Positions 46,539 to 57,247 of a stretch of DNA of 64,000 bases are shown one piece after another. The stretch is from an uncultured Armatimonadetes bacterium (GTDB lineage Bacteria > Armatimonadota > UBA5829), in assembly GCA_963711155.1 (NCBI GenBank), contig CAVQDB010000004.1:261262-325261 (forward strand), given 5' to 3'. The notes beneath the pieces are model-generated. The model made no database searches, was not told the origin of the DNA, and saw nothing but the letters and a program-made list of their open reading frames with translations. The translations under genes were made by a program, and so were the position numbers. Within the stretch, counting starts at the first letter, position 1; each line of letters begins with the position of its first letter.

Positions 46539-46735
46539 ATGAAGTGGCGCAATATCGACGTTGGCAACGCGGCCCACTACATCACGGGCACGATCACCGA
46601 GTGGCTGCCGCTGCTGACCATCACGGAGATCAGGCAGCGGGTGTGCGATGACATCGAGTTCGCCCTCGATCTGTTCAACGGGGCGCTGCTCGCGTTCGTA
46701 ATAATGCCGACACACGTGCATCTGCTCTCTATGTG
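46539..46735 (+). pseudogene. N-terminal fragment of an HUH Y1 transposase (RAYT / IS200-like), cut by IS110 copy 2
   Basis: HYITGTITEWLPL...AFVIMPTHVHLL with the HUH motif. Confidence 0.8.
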
Positions 46736-46761
46736 TCCCTATACAAGCGGCGTCAATAGCC

Positions 46762-46942
46762 AGCTGCGTTTTTTGTTAGTTGCAGTTTGAGCGATTTCCC
46801 TATTGGCGCTTTGTGTGCGCAGATTATCGTCGCGTATCAGGAGCCTCTCAATTCGGGGCTGGACCATCAAGTGGTCAGACACATAGTCGGAGAGTGCTCC
46901 ATCATATCGTTGTTCTGCGCATTATCTGCAGTGTTACTGGTA
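46762..46942 (-). ncRNA. Predicted bridge RNA, copy 2
   Basis: Same loops as copy 1. Confidence 0.75.
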
Positions 46943-47977
46943 TCATGCGGCGGCCTTCCTCGGGGCGGCCTTCGAATTATCCCATGCTTTGCCGTGCGCG
47001 AGCATCTGATGAATCACCCTCACGGCTTTGCGCGCCACGGCCATCTTCGCCGCGTTGGTATGGTTCCTGAACTGCACCCGCCAGTAGGTTGTGCGCAGGG
47101 CGTTGTCCTTCCTGCTGTGACTGGTCCTCTGCGCCAGCAGCCCGATTGCGTAACGCAACCACCGGTTGCCCCAGTTGCCCAGGCTGCCGTAGTAGCAGCT
47201 CTGACCGCTCTGAAACACTCTGGGCGCAAGCCCGACGTAGGATATCAACTGACTCGAACGCTTGAAACGTGCAATGTCGCCAATCTCCGCCTTGACCAGC
47301 AGGGCCGTCAAAGGTCCCACGCCGGGGATGGTCTGCAGTAACGCGCATTCCTTGTCTTGTGCTGCTTCCTCCTCTATGGCGGCCTGAAGTTCGTTCTCTA
47401 TCTCTTGCGCCTTCTGCAGCAGTTCACGCCAAAGCTGCATCACCCTGGCCGAACGCGCCGGGAGTTGCGCCTGATCCAAGTCTAACCCGCCGCCTTTTGT
47501 CATCAAGCGCCTATGGCCGACATACCCCCAGCACTTAAGAAGACTGCCCATCTCGTTAGTCAGCCGAGTCGCCCACCTGCTGATTCGGACTTTGCCGCGA
47601 ACCAGCACTCGCAGATCCTGGGTCTTCTCATCAGGAATGTAGAGGCATTCTATCTCGCCTCGATACAGCATCTGCGCCATCCGCAGCGCGTCGTTGCGGT
47701 CCGTCTTTGCCCGGCGATCTTTTCGTCGATCCCACAGTTTCGTTGGATCGGCCACAGTAAGCGTCTCGAACAACGGTCTCAAGTCACGGTAGATTGCCCA
47801 TGAGTTGATGCCTGACTCCATAACCCCATGCAACGGGCCCTGCAGTCCTCCGAACAACTCCCTCAAGCTGTCCGGGTCATTCGGAACCCGATCGCGTTCG
47901 ACGATCTCACCTGTGAGCGGGTCGAATCCCACAATCGTGATCCACTTGCAATGTACGTCCAATGCGATGTATAACAT
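46943..47977 (-). CDS. IS110 family recombinase
   Basis: Protein identical to 45263..46297. Confidence 0.96.
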   Translation of the reverse strand: MLYIALDVHCKWITIVGFDPLTGEIVERDRVPNDPDSLRELFGGLQGPLHGVMESGINSWAIYRDLRPLFETLTVADPTKLWDRRKDRRAKTDRNDALRMAQMLYRGEIECLYIPDEKTQDLRVLVRGKVRISRWATRLTNEMGSLLKCWGYVGHRRLMTKGGGLDLDQAQLPARSARVMQLWRELLQKAQEIENELQAAIEEEAAQDKECALLQTIPGVGPLTALLVKAEIGDIARFKRSSQLISYVGLAPRVFQSGQSCYYGSLGNWGNRWLRYAIGLLAQRTSHSRKDNALRTTYWRVQFRNHTNAAKMAVARKAVRVIHQMLAHGKAWDNSKAAPRKAAA

Positions 47978-48244
47978 TGTTGGCTTGACCTCCTATCGCT
48001 GTGTTTGTCAAACTGCGACTATGATCGCCTACTAGACACAGCTGAGGCAAGCCACTTCTTCATGATAATTCGGGGCTGCACCCAGTCGTCGCCTTGACGA
48101 TCAAGCGTAAGGACAGATGCGTCGCGGGCTCGTCTTTCGCCCCGACGCAGCTGTCCGTCAGTGAGCACGAGGCTGGCTGCCAGAGGAGAAGCCGTTGCGC
48201 GGCGCGAATATAGCGGCATGAAGTGGCGCAATATGGATGTGGGC

Positions 48245-48475
48245 TACGACGCCAACAACCGTCTGACCACGGCCGCGCCTCCGAACCCGGTTCCGGGGCA
48301 GCCCGCGGGTGGACCGTATGATTACGACTGGGTGGGCAATCGCATCCATCCGCCCGCCGACCCGAACTCGATGACCTACAACGCCGCCGATCAGCTCCTG
48401 ACCTGGCCGGGCATGCATACCTACACCTACTACCCCGACGGTAGCCTGCACGAGGAGAAGAACGCTGTGGGCTGA
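48245..48475 (+). pseudogene. Divergent RHS fragment
   Basis: YDANNRLTT..PPNPVPGQ..GG.YDYDWVGN...PPADPN..TYNAADQL.TWPGM, paralogous to the array core. Confidence 0.7.
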
Positions 48476-48736
48476 GCGTGGGGAGACGGTGGAGAAGCTC
48501 CTGGAGCAGGTGCTGCGGCAGACGTCCAGCGAGATCGCGGCGTTGGCTGCCGAGGTGGAAGCGCGAGGCAATCAACTGGCATCGAGCTGGCTTGCCAGGT
48601 TCCGGGCACGGGCTCGCGGCAAGGCTCGCGTGCGACCTAGTTGTTTGGTGCATAGCAAACGGAGCGGGAGCCCGCTCCATTTCCGCCCCAAAGTCCCCAA
48701 CGCCCAACGCTGGATGCAGGGCGCCAACGCAAGCGG

Positions 48737-49195
48737 CTAGCGCGGCACCAGCGCTCGCAACCTGGCAAGGAATGCTCTCCGCTGCTGAGGATCAGGCACG
48801 AACTCGTCGAGCAGCGACTGCATTCCCTCGGTGATGAACTTCAACTCGGTCTTCGTGAACGCAGTGCGGTCGTGTGCGCGGGTCATCCGGTCGATCAGCA
48901 CGCTGACGGTGTCGATGAGACGCCAAAGCGAGGCCAAGTCGGCGCTGGTGACGCTCTGAGCGCACTCCACTGCGTCGAGCTTGTGCCGAAGCAAACCGCG
49001 AGCTACAGCAAGTTCGGTTGTGATGCCAAACGGGTCGGGCGACTGCCCGGTCTGCTCGATGTGCCGGCGCAGTTGGGATTTCGACACATGCTCACGTAGG
49101 CCGCCGGGAATCCGCGCGCCGGCTCTGACGGTGAGGCGATTGGGCGTTAGGAGAGGATACTGACACGTCTGGATAGGCTTTGACACGGGCTGCAC
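48737..49195 (-). CDS. Hypothetical helical protein
   Basis: 152-aa ORF with plausible composition; no family recognised. Confidence 0.35.
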   Translation of the reverse strand: MQPVSKPIQTCQYPLLTPNRLTVRAGARIPGGLREHVSKSQLRRHIEQTGQSPDPFGITTELAVARGLLRHKLDAVECAQSVTSADLASLWRLIDTVSVLIDRMTRAHDRTAFTKTELKFITEGMQSLLDEFVPDPQQRRAFLARLRALVPR

Positions 49196-49374
49196 CTCCG
49201 TCGAATCTTACGCTGGTTGCGTTCAGTCTGCACGATCGCGCCGTTGTTGGCAAGCCAACGAGATGCGGCCAGGGGCATTCCTAGCCCGGATTATTCACCA
49301 CAAGCTTAAGAGGGATACACTCTGCTTTTGAATGAGTAGATTTTGGCAAACAAACTCCGAGCGGAGGTATCCCT

Positions 49375-49873
49375 TGACCCGTACCCGATTGTACGGACAG
49401 TTTGTCATGCTGCTTGAAGCAGCTCAAACATAGCGGGCGACGTGTATCGCAGGGTCGAGTGACGCCGCTGGCAGTTGTAGAAGATCTCTATATAGTGAAA
49501 TACGTTCCTCCTGGCTTCGCTCCTGCTGTGGTAGTGCCTGTGGTGGGTGCATTCCGTCTTCATGCTGCCATAGAAGCTTTCCATCGCGGCGTTGTCCCAG
49601 CAGTCGCCCTTTCTGCTGATCGAGCATACCATGCCCGTGCTGACTCAGCAGCTTCTGATAGTCGTTGCTGGCATACTGGACACCGCGATCTGAGTGATGC
49701 AGCAGCCCAGCCACCGGCTTTCTCTGGCGGATCGCCATGCGCAGCGCGTCCATGGCCAGATCTCGGGTGACACGCTCGTCCATCGACCAGCCCACCACCC
49801 TACGGCAATACAGGTCCATCACAGTGGCCAGGTAGAGCCAGCCTTCCTCAGTTGGGATATAGGTGATGTCCGA
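49375..49873 (-). mobile_element. IS3-family remnant (rve/DDE C-terminal half plus right end)
   Basis: [60 protein letters not shown]; ends ...gggtCA at 49375. Confidence 0.85.
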
Positions 49874-50455
49874 TACAGCTTAACCTTAGCTTTCGCGCGA
49901 TCACGGACACGACCACCGCGGCCCTGCTCGCGGATCCTGCGTCTGACGCGTTCTTCTTCAGCCCAGACCGGATCAGTGGCTCGCTTGCGTCGCACGTATT
50001 CGCGGCGCCAGGCGTTGATGCGGTCCCGGTTCGCATCTATGTAGGCCTTCCGAGCCGCACGATCGTAACCCAAAACTCGTCCATTGCCCCCTTGCTTGAT
50101 GAAAGGTAACTGCTCTTACCTTACCTCAACTACAGCACAAATCAGAGCGATTGAAAAGGCTTTATGGGGGTTCGTCGAGACCTCAACGCAACCGCCCGCT
50201 GGAGCGCTCGGCGAGGACGATTGAACCATGATAATGCTTGAGGTCTGGCTGTAGGACCGTTTTCCTGAGAGGCATATTGGCGAAAGCACTGGGATTTGCG
50301 CCGCCTTTTTCTTCTTGTGGCGTTCTAGCGGGTCGTTTTGCGGCCTTTCGACAAACGACACAGGAATTCACGACAAACAAGCTTAACCATATCACTGAAG
50401 CTTTTCGCACCCGCGCTGCCCAGCAGTCTCGGTCCCCGCGGGCGACTTACAGGGA

Positions 50456-51236
50456 GTGCCTTCAGTGCGGCAAGTTGTGATCGAGAACCCAGTGATTAAC
50501 TCTCCCTTCGATGAACCGAAGCGGCATTTCCGGTTCGGCGATGACGGCATCACCGATGAGATCGTCGAACAGCGCCGGGTCAGTTCATACTTCATCCCAG
50601 TGGCGCAGCCCAAGAAGCGCGGTAAGCAGCTCGTCCTCGATACGGAGTGGACCAAAGACCGGATCGAAGAGAACAGATTCATCAGTGATGTCCGCGCACG
50701 TGTTGCCCTCTGGCGGCAAGGCGGATACTCCGGCATTACGAAGATTTCGTCCCGCCTCCTCGAATACTGGCAGCGCGAGGATCGCGAGCGCAAGCTGTTC
50801 TCTGTCAGATCGAAGCGCTTGAGACAGTCATCTACATCACTGAGGCTGCCAGGAAGTGCAGTGACGCTTGGATAGAGAACGCTCTTCGGACCGCGAACGA
50901 CTCCGCCAATCCCAGCCTCTATCGCCTTGCGATGAAGATGGCAACCGGCAGCGGCAAGACCGTCGTGATGGCCATGCTGATTGCCTGGCACGCGCTGAAC
51001 AAGCTCGCAGACAGCCAGGACCCGCACTTCTCGGACACGTTCCTAGTCGTCACGCCTGGCATCACGATCCGCGACCGCCTGCGCGTGCTTCTTCCCAACG
51101 ACCCCGGCAACTACTACGCGCAGATGGACGTCGTTCCGCCTGAGCTACGCGACGATCTGAACTAGGCCAAGTTCGTCATCACCAACTTTCACGGGTTCAA
51201 GTGCCGGGAGAACGGTCAAGGCCGGAAGGCTGACCA
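50456..51236 (+). pseudogene. Type III restriction enzyme Res-subunit-like N-terminal fragment
   Basis: IENPVINSPFDEPKRH, KMATGSGKTVVMAMLIAW (Walker A), VVTPGITIRDRL; frameshift, in-frame stop and truncation. Confidence 0.85.
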
Positions 51237-52613
51237 ATGACCTTCGCGGTCAAGACCCATCTGCTGCTTCCCAAACTCAGATGCGCCACCTGTGGTGAGC
51301 GGCTCTACGTGGACAAGCGCGAGGAACATCGCCACAGAGTCTACTGGTGCAAGAACAAGAGCGTTACGAGAGGGCACGCCTGCGTTGGCGCCAGGGCCAA
51401 GATAGCGTGGGCCGACGGCGTTGTGATCGAGGTCTTGACGAAGCTCTCGCAGGACGAGCGCATCATGACCGCGGCTGAGGCTATTATCGACAAAGAACTG
51501 AGCCAGAACACCGGCAAGCTTAGGCAGGAGAAGGCAAAGATAGACACCGACCTGCGCGCAGATCGGATACGCCTCGCTGAGATGGTCGAAAAGCTGGCAG
51601 CCCGCGGGATAGGAGAGTTGGCCTACAAGGCGTATGAAGACAAGGTGGAGGCGGCAATCGAAGAGCGGCTGGCACGGTTGCGGGAGATAGACTCGGCTCT
51701 CTCAAGTGGGGATGCCAACAGGCAAAGGATACAGCAGGCAAAGGAGATGCTGCGGGATTTTGGCACCGTTTGGGAAGGCCTCACTATCGACGAAAAGCGT
51801 AAGGCAATAGACTTACTAATCGAGGACCTGCGGCTTTCTCAGACTCACCTCATCATAAAGCCTCACTCTGCTGACCAGGTGGAGGTGCGCATACCTGTCG
51901 GCAGGTTTAGAGAGGGCAAACCGGGTGAGGCCCGCGGTCTTTCGCAGCGCGAGCTGTCGGTTCTGAAGATGCTGGGTGACGGGCTGACGGCGAGACAAAT
52001 CGCGGAGCGCACTGGCCTGGCGATGCAGACGGTCTACGGCCACATCAGCCGGATCTATTCCTGGCTGGGAGTGGATGATGCCGCTGCCGCGGTGGACATG
52101 GCACGGCCTGTTATCGAGGAGGCCGGAGAACTGCCGACGGACCGGCGGCTCGACGTGGCCCGCGAGTTTTCGGACAAGCCAACCGAGAAGATGCTTGCTG
52201 TGCTTCGCGCTGTCGCCAAGCACCCCACGCAGGCCGAGGCCTACCGAGAATTGGGTATGCCTTACATGAATGGATCGCAACGGCTGCGGGCGTTGATGAA
52301 GAAGACTGGCACCGAGAGCCTCGACGCCCTTTTCGAGATAGCTGTCCAGAGAGGCTGGATCGAGTCCGTGCCGGAACGCAAGGAAAAGGGACTTGTATTC
52401 ACGCCGGGCGAAGCCGAGATGATAAGGGCGTGTCTCTCATCGCGATCCATAGCCGCCGCCGGCAGATCTCTGGGGATCACGTCGGTCGCGGCGGCGAGCC
52501 GGATGCACACGGTATACGTGAAGCTCGGGGCACACAATGTGAAGCAAGCCCTGGACAAGCTGCGGGAACTCGGCGTTGATCCTGCGGCACTGCACATCTC
52601 CGCCGCTAACTGA
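51237..52613 (+). CDS. Large-serine-recombinase C-terminal half (Zn ribbon plus coiled coil) fused to three LuxR-like HTH units; catalytic domain absent
   Basis: LRCATCG...YWC...C, coiled coil, LTIDEKRKAIDLLIE; LSQRELSVL..LGDGLTARQIAE..GLAMQTVYGH. Confidence 0.7.
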   Translation: MTFAVKTHLLLPKLRCATCGERLYVDKREEHRHRVYWCKNKSVTRGHACVGARAKIAWADGVVIEVLTKLSQDERIMTAAEAIIDKELSQNTGKLRQEKAKIDTDLRADRIRLAEMVEKLAARGIGELAYKAYEDKVEAAIEERLARLREIDSALSSGDANRQRIQQAKEMLRDFGTVWEGLTIDEKRKAIDLLIEDLRLSQTHLIIKPHSADQVEVRIPVGRFREGKPGEARGLSQRELSVLKMLGDGLTARQIAERTGLAMQTVYGHISRIYSWLGVDDAAAAVDMARPVIEEAGELPTDRRLDVAREFSDKPTEKMLAVLRAVAKHPTQAEAYRELGMPYMNGSQRLRALMKKTGTESLDALFEIAVQRGWIESVPERKEKGLVFTPGEAEMIRACLSSRSIAAAGRSLGITSVAAASRMHTVYVKLGAHNVKQALDKLRELGVDPAALHISAAN

Positions 52614-52959
52614 ATACGACCTGATGGTTTTCTCGACGAGCACATTTCGACTGCGCTCCACTTAGTCAGGGTGACGAAGTAATGAAGGCATGCCATCCGG
52701 CACACTCTCAGACTCCGCCTCGTCGCAGCCTAGCGTCTGCGGCTGATCGACGGCCGCGTACGCTCGCGATTCTGGTCGAATGGCTGCTCGGTTGGAAAAA
52801 AGACTAGAATATTTCTGCTCGATTCGCCGATCTCCTTATATTCCTCTGCGGCATCGCTACTATACCCTGTGACAGAGACAGACTGCTCACGATGTGGGCG
52901 CTGTCGCTGATTGACCGGCCCGCACCACTGTCGGGCCGGACACAGAGGAGGAACGCACA

Positions 52960-53170
52960 TAAGACATCCTAAGTACCTGGCGATCTACGCCAGGACGGCC
53001 AGCGGTGCGACCGCTGAGTTGCAGCAGCAGATGACGGCCGTGCGGCAGATGATCCCGCAGGAGCTACGGGATTTGCCCGTCCAGCTCTTCAGCGATCTCG
53101 GCTCCGGCCTAGCAGGGTTCGAGCCGCAGGGCAAAAGGAAGACCCGACCGGGGCTCCAGGCTCTGGTAAC
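52960..53170 (+). pseudogene. Resolvase-like N-terminal fragment
   Basis: AIYARTAS...QQQ...FSDLGSG...RPGLQAL. Confidence 0.55.
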
Positions 53171-53198
53171 CAATGCCATAGCCACCACGGCAGCAATG

Positions 53199-53564
53199 TC
53201 ACTCAACGTAATCCTGCCCTGGAGCGAACGTGACGAACTGTCCTCCCTCCATCAACTTCACGCCAAGCAGGTTGCTTCCGATTTTGAGCAGCGCGACTGC
53301 CGCCACGATGACTAGTATGTAGGCGATCTTCAGCAGGCGATTCGGCCGAGCGATCTGTTCGCTCCCACACTTAGGGCACGTCAGGCTTGGCGTCTGTTCG
53401 CAAGCTTCCAGCACAGCTTGTTCCGGTACTGCCTGAGAGGAAATCGGCCGCTCATCTGGGCCGGCGTCCTGTTTTCGAGATAATGCGCAGCTATAGCATG
53501 TATCACGAGTCGACACGTTCGGCGCCCCACACGCGCCGCACTTCCACATATCGGGCTTGCTCAT
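53199..53564 (-). CDS. Small zinc-ribbon membrane protein
   Basis: WKCGACG...CYSC, CPKCGS, TM segment. Confidence 0.5.
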   Translation of the reverse strand: MSKPDMWKCGACGAPNVSTRDTCYSCALSRKQDAGPDERPISSQAVPEQAVLEACEQTPSLTCPKCGSEQIARPNRLLKIAYILVIVAAVALLKIGSNLLGVKLMEGGQFVTFAPGQDYVE

Positions 53565-53758
53565 CCGCCACCCTCCCGTTGCCAGCGCCTCTTGTCCCGT
53601 TGTGTTCCGGGAGTTGATCTGGTTGCTGAATTCAAAGGGCTCTGGCTTCTGATTCCCTTACTCTGCCACTGTGTATTGTACGAGCGGCTGGACTCAGAGT
53701 CAAGCGGCTAGATGTATGCATCGTGGAATGGGACGAGAATTCGTTCTACACTGATGTG

Positions 53759-54465
53759 ATGCTGAAGCGAGACGACACCGAGAGACTGAGACGGGCTATA
53801 GCTGAACGGCTGCGGTCATTGCGCAAAGCTGCTGCCAAGACACAAGAGAATCTTGCTGATGAGGCTGGGATCAGCCCCGAGCATCTGTCGAAGATCGAGA
53901 CGGCAAGGCGATTGCCATCGGTTGAGACGTTACTTGACCTAGCAGATGCCCTTGATGTGGAGCCCGCAGTTATGCCCGGGCACTTATCGAGGCTATGCCG
54001 CCAATTCTCAGAGACGCTGGACCCTCCGATGCAGTTGTCCGGGCAACTGCAGTGTCACAGGTATCCGGCATGATGCAGAGTGGTGTCGGCGTGGAACTCG
54101 GTCTTGAGTATCGGCTTGGTAGAGCGGAAGAGAGAGTCGAGTGGCTGCAGAAGGCATCGGGCGATGCTCAACAGGCTATCAAGGATATCGAACGTATGGT
54201 CTCCGATGTGAATGCCTCGTCGGTCATCGGTGAGTTTGCCAAGGGTGCGGAACAAGCAGTCGAATTGGAAGAGCTGCTCCAGAGGAAAGCAGACGTCGTG
54301 CCAGCGTCGCTGATCTCAGACGCATACTATGGCTTGTATGAATTCGAGATGGAGCGGTTCAATGATGAGCGCCGTCGAGACCGCAGTCATGACCTGACGA
54401 AGGCGGACTACTACCTTGGCAGAGCGCAGTCGTATCGGGAGAACACCAACGATGCCACTCTATGA
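53759..54465 (+). CDS. XRE-family HTH regulator (probably frameshifted into ORF 53995..54465)
   Basis: RLRSLRK...TQENLADEAGISPEHLSKIETARRLPS..TL..LADALDV. Confidence 0.75.
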
Positions 54466-55120
54466 GAGCCCCGGAGGGAAGAAGCTTCAGGATGCCAAGG
54501 ACTATTTGGAAGCTGTGCAACAAGGCCCAGAGGCTGTTATCTCGAAACTGGAAGGCAGAGACAGTCCCGACGCGATCAGATGGAGATTACAGGCATTTGT
54601 GGATCTAGGTCGCATTGGCGACGCGGCTGATCTGATACGGAGTCGTGAGACCGATCTGCAATGGATCGATTTGGCTACATACGTGCTTGCCGCCAACGGC
54701 GAGTCGGATGCTGCCCGACGTGCTGTTGATCGCACAAGCAAGCAGGCAAGCGATCCCAGCATTCGGCGACGCAATATGTTAGCGTTCGCGAAGGGCAGGC
54801 TGCGGTCGGTCCAGCAGGGATGCGAGAAACGTTCACCCGACAAGGCTACGGCAGAAGAAGAGGAAGGACTCAAAGAAGTCGTTGACGCTCTTGAGCCTAT
54901 CACTGCTGCCGTCATACTGAACAACCAGATCGAAAATGAGCTTGAGTCAGAAGCCGTCGGGGTTGCTCTGCAGGCCCACGGCGTGCTAGGTAACCGCAGC
55001 CAGTCTGGGCGGTTGGCAAACCTGCTCGCCTCACGAAAGCCGGTTCCGATGATGCTGGCGCACGCCGTCGTGCAGCGCTGGATTGATGCGCCTGAGGACC
55101 TGCCGCAGCGGCTTCAGCAC
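54452..55120 (+). pseudogene. Truncated helical-repeat hypothetical protein
   Basis: The ORF runs into the convergent integrase; the 3' part is shadow sequence. Confidence 0.35.
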
Positions 55121-55172
55121 CCCACGGGCCGCAGTCATAAGCGGGAACAACCGATAGCCTTAGACATTGTGT

Positions 55173-56177
55173 TCACTTCTGTTTCCGGCGGATTACCAGC
55201 TTCGCCGCCGGACTATGTAACTGGTGTTTGCGATGAAGCGCATCATCGAAAACCTTCACGTACTTCAGCGAGGTCTGAATGTCCTTATGCCGGAGTTCAC
55301 GTTGCAGTGCGTAGGGGTCGCCGCTGCTGTTGGCATACCCCGACGCGAAGGTCGTCCTCAGGCGGTGAGGATGGGACTTCTTGATGCGGTTCTGTTCACC
55401 AGCGTTTCTGATGATCTTGTATATCGCCCCGCGAGTGATCGGTCTACCGGTGGCCGGGTTCTCAAACAGGTCCTCCGGTGGACATTCCTGCACCATGAGC
55501 TTACGGACGTAGCGCAGTAATGCCAGTTTGGTGCCGTCTGTCAGGTTCAGGGACTCCTCATCCCCGCCCTTCTGCTCCACTCTTATTCTCGATCTCTGCA
55601 AGTCGATATCGTCTATTCGTATATTCGCGACCTCAGAAACTCGTCCGCCGCTGTCAACCATCAGGAGAGCTAGTAGTTGGTTGCGCCTGCCTTCGGGAGT
55701 GCCGTCGTCGAGGAAGTTAACCATCTTCTGGACATCCTTCGTATCGAACGGATCGGGAACCTTGCTTGGCACCGGGATCGGGACGAGCTTGACAGTTGGA
55801 CCGATCTCAAGCAGTTCCTCATCTATCAGGAAGTGGAAGAGTGCGGTAATGTTCTGTCGGCGGATGTTCAGTGTCTTGGGTGCGAGGCCGCGAGCGCGTT
55901 CAGAGTCCAAGTGATCTTGCAGCATCACGCGTGTGATCTTATCGATGGGGATGTCGCCGCCGATGGAGTGCGCCAGTCTTGATAGTCCGTCGGCGTACAT
56001 CGTAATCGTGTTGTCGCGTCGAGATTTGTGTCGCAGATTCTCCAGGAGAAGCTCGACAGCGTCGGCGAGGGTGATAACAACCTTCCGCCGACCTCGCGTC
56101 GCGTTGGCCTGATCCCGTCGCCTACGTATGTGCCTTATCGGCACCTGCCTTTTTCTTCTTGGCGTCAGAACACCCAT
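55173..56177 (-). CDS. Tyrosine recombinase/integrase (XerC/D-like)
   Basis: SAM-like N-domain; SGGRVSE (R), QKGG (K), HPHRLR (HxxR), LRHKDIQTSLKY (H, Y). Confidence 0.93.
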   Translation of the reverse strand: MGVLTPRRKRQVPIRHIRRRRDQANATRGRRKVVITLADAVELLLENLRHKSRRDNTITMYADGLSRLAHSIGGDIPIDKITRVMLQDHLDSERARGLAPKTLNIRRQNITALFHFLIDEELLEIGPTVKLVPIPVPSKVPDPFDTKDVQKMVNFLDDGTPEGRRNQLLALLMVDSGGRVSEVANIRIDDIDLQRSRIRVEQKGGDEESLNLTDGTKLALLRYVRKLMVQECPPEDLFENPATGRPITRGAIYKIIRNAGEQNRIKKSHPHRLRTTFASGYANSSGDPYALQRELRHKDIQTSLKYVKVFDDALHRKHQLHSPAAKLVIRRKQK

Positions 56178-56784
56178 GTCTGATCTCTATCTATCATAGA
56201 TCAGCTCCCGCAGCAGCCTGGGGGACCGGTCGATGGAGCAGAGTTGGAACTCTAAGCTCCTGATCTAGCTTTCAGGACACGACCGACGACCAAGATCGAA
56301 GCCGCCGATCCGTAGACCCTGACGCCATTATTGCAGCCGACAAGAAAGGCTGCAAATTCGCATTACAGGTCTAACCGTCTCACGACATCACACCAACATC
56401 ACAACTGCTGTCAGCAGAGCCTTTAACCCAGGCAGAAATATGTACTTCGTGTCTATCTGGGCCTGCCCTTGACAGTGGTGATGCTGGCTGGTCACCATGC
56501 GCCTGTGCAGTAGCCTAGCGTATAAACATCGTTTGACGCCGCGACAGGCGATCAGGGATTTTCGGATTTTTTCGGCGGGCACGATCATGGCTGAAACGGC
56601 AAGCGGAAAAACTGGACGGCAGGCGGCTCGGGAGGTATACTTGTGGCAACGACACTGTATCAGCGGACGCGAACGAGTTTACATGGTTTGCCAAATAACG
56701 GTGTTCACACAAGTGAACGAATGGTGGCGAAGGCAAAACAAAAGGGCTTTCCCACGAGGGAAAACCCTTAGGTCTGATTGTTGG

Positions 56785-57061
56785 TAGGGCAGGGAATCAC
56801 TAGCGAAACCTCCAACTCGGCTTGAGCACTGGGTCGGTGTTATCTGAAGTTCCCCGAACCACCACATCATCGCCAGTGGCGAATCTTGTGCCCCGTTCTC
56901 AGGATGAGAACTCAGTCTGATCTCAGAATCGCCCTCGGCAGCGAATCCACGTACCTCCGACACCCCGTTTTCGCTAACAACCAAACGACTCAGCGATCAG
57001 GGAACCGCTAGCAAGAATTTTCGATTGCAGGCTCTTGGACATCAGGAAATCCACAAACATG
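56785..57061 (+). repeat. Diverged ~280-bp non-coding direct repeat, copy 2
   Basis: Colinear with 21982..22259; also preceded by a hairpin (aagggctttccc-acga-gggaaaaccctt). Confidence 0.8.
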
Positions 57062-57247
57062 CACACAAAAAGGCGAGCAGACGTTGACACAGGAACGCAT
57101 GTAACTGATATAAAAAGGTGACCCGTAGTAAGCAGCCAGGGCAGTACAGAGACGTGCTAGAGGCTGCGCTATCTCCTCTGGCATATCTTCAGCAACTCAC
57201 GCGGCCTCCGATTGACAGTCCTGTCCCACAGCTGTGCTTTAATGGGT

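Larger units (their letters stand above)
46736..48071 (-). mobile_element. IS110-family insertion sequence, copy 2
   Basis: Repeat of copy 1 at +1680; flanks ctatgtg|TC...TC|ggggctg match the guides exactly. Confidence 0.85.

Noticed and set aside
49819-50073. Arg-rich ORF next to the IS3 remnant
   Set aside because: Short low-complexity fragment running out of frame into the IS; no function can be supported.
56781-56800. ttggtagggcagggaatc as a tRNA 3' end / att site
   Set aside because: The reverse complement ends in CCA but lacks a proper TTCGA loop and is too short for T-stem plus acceptor stem.
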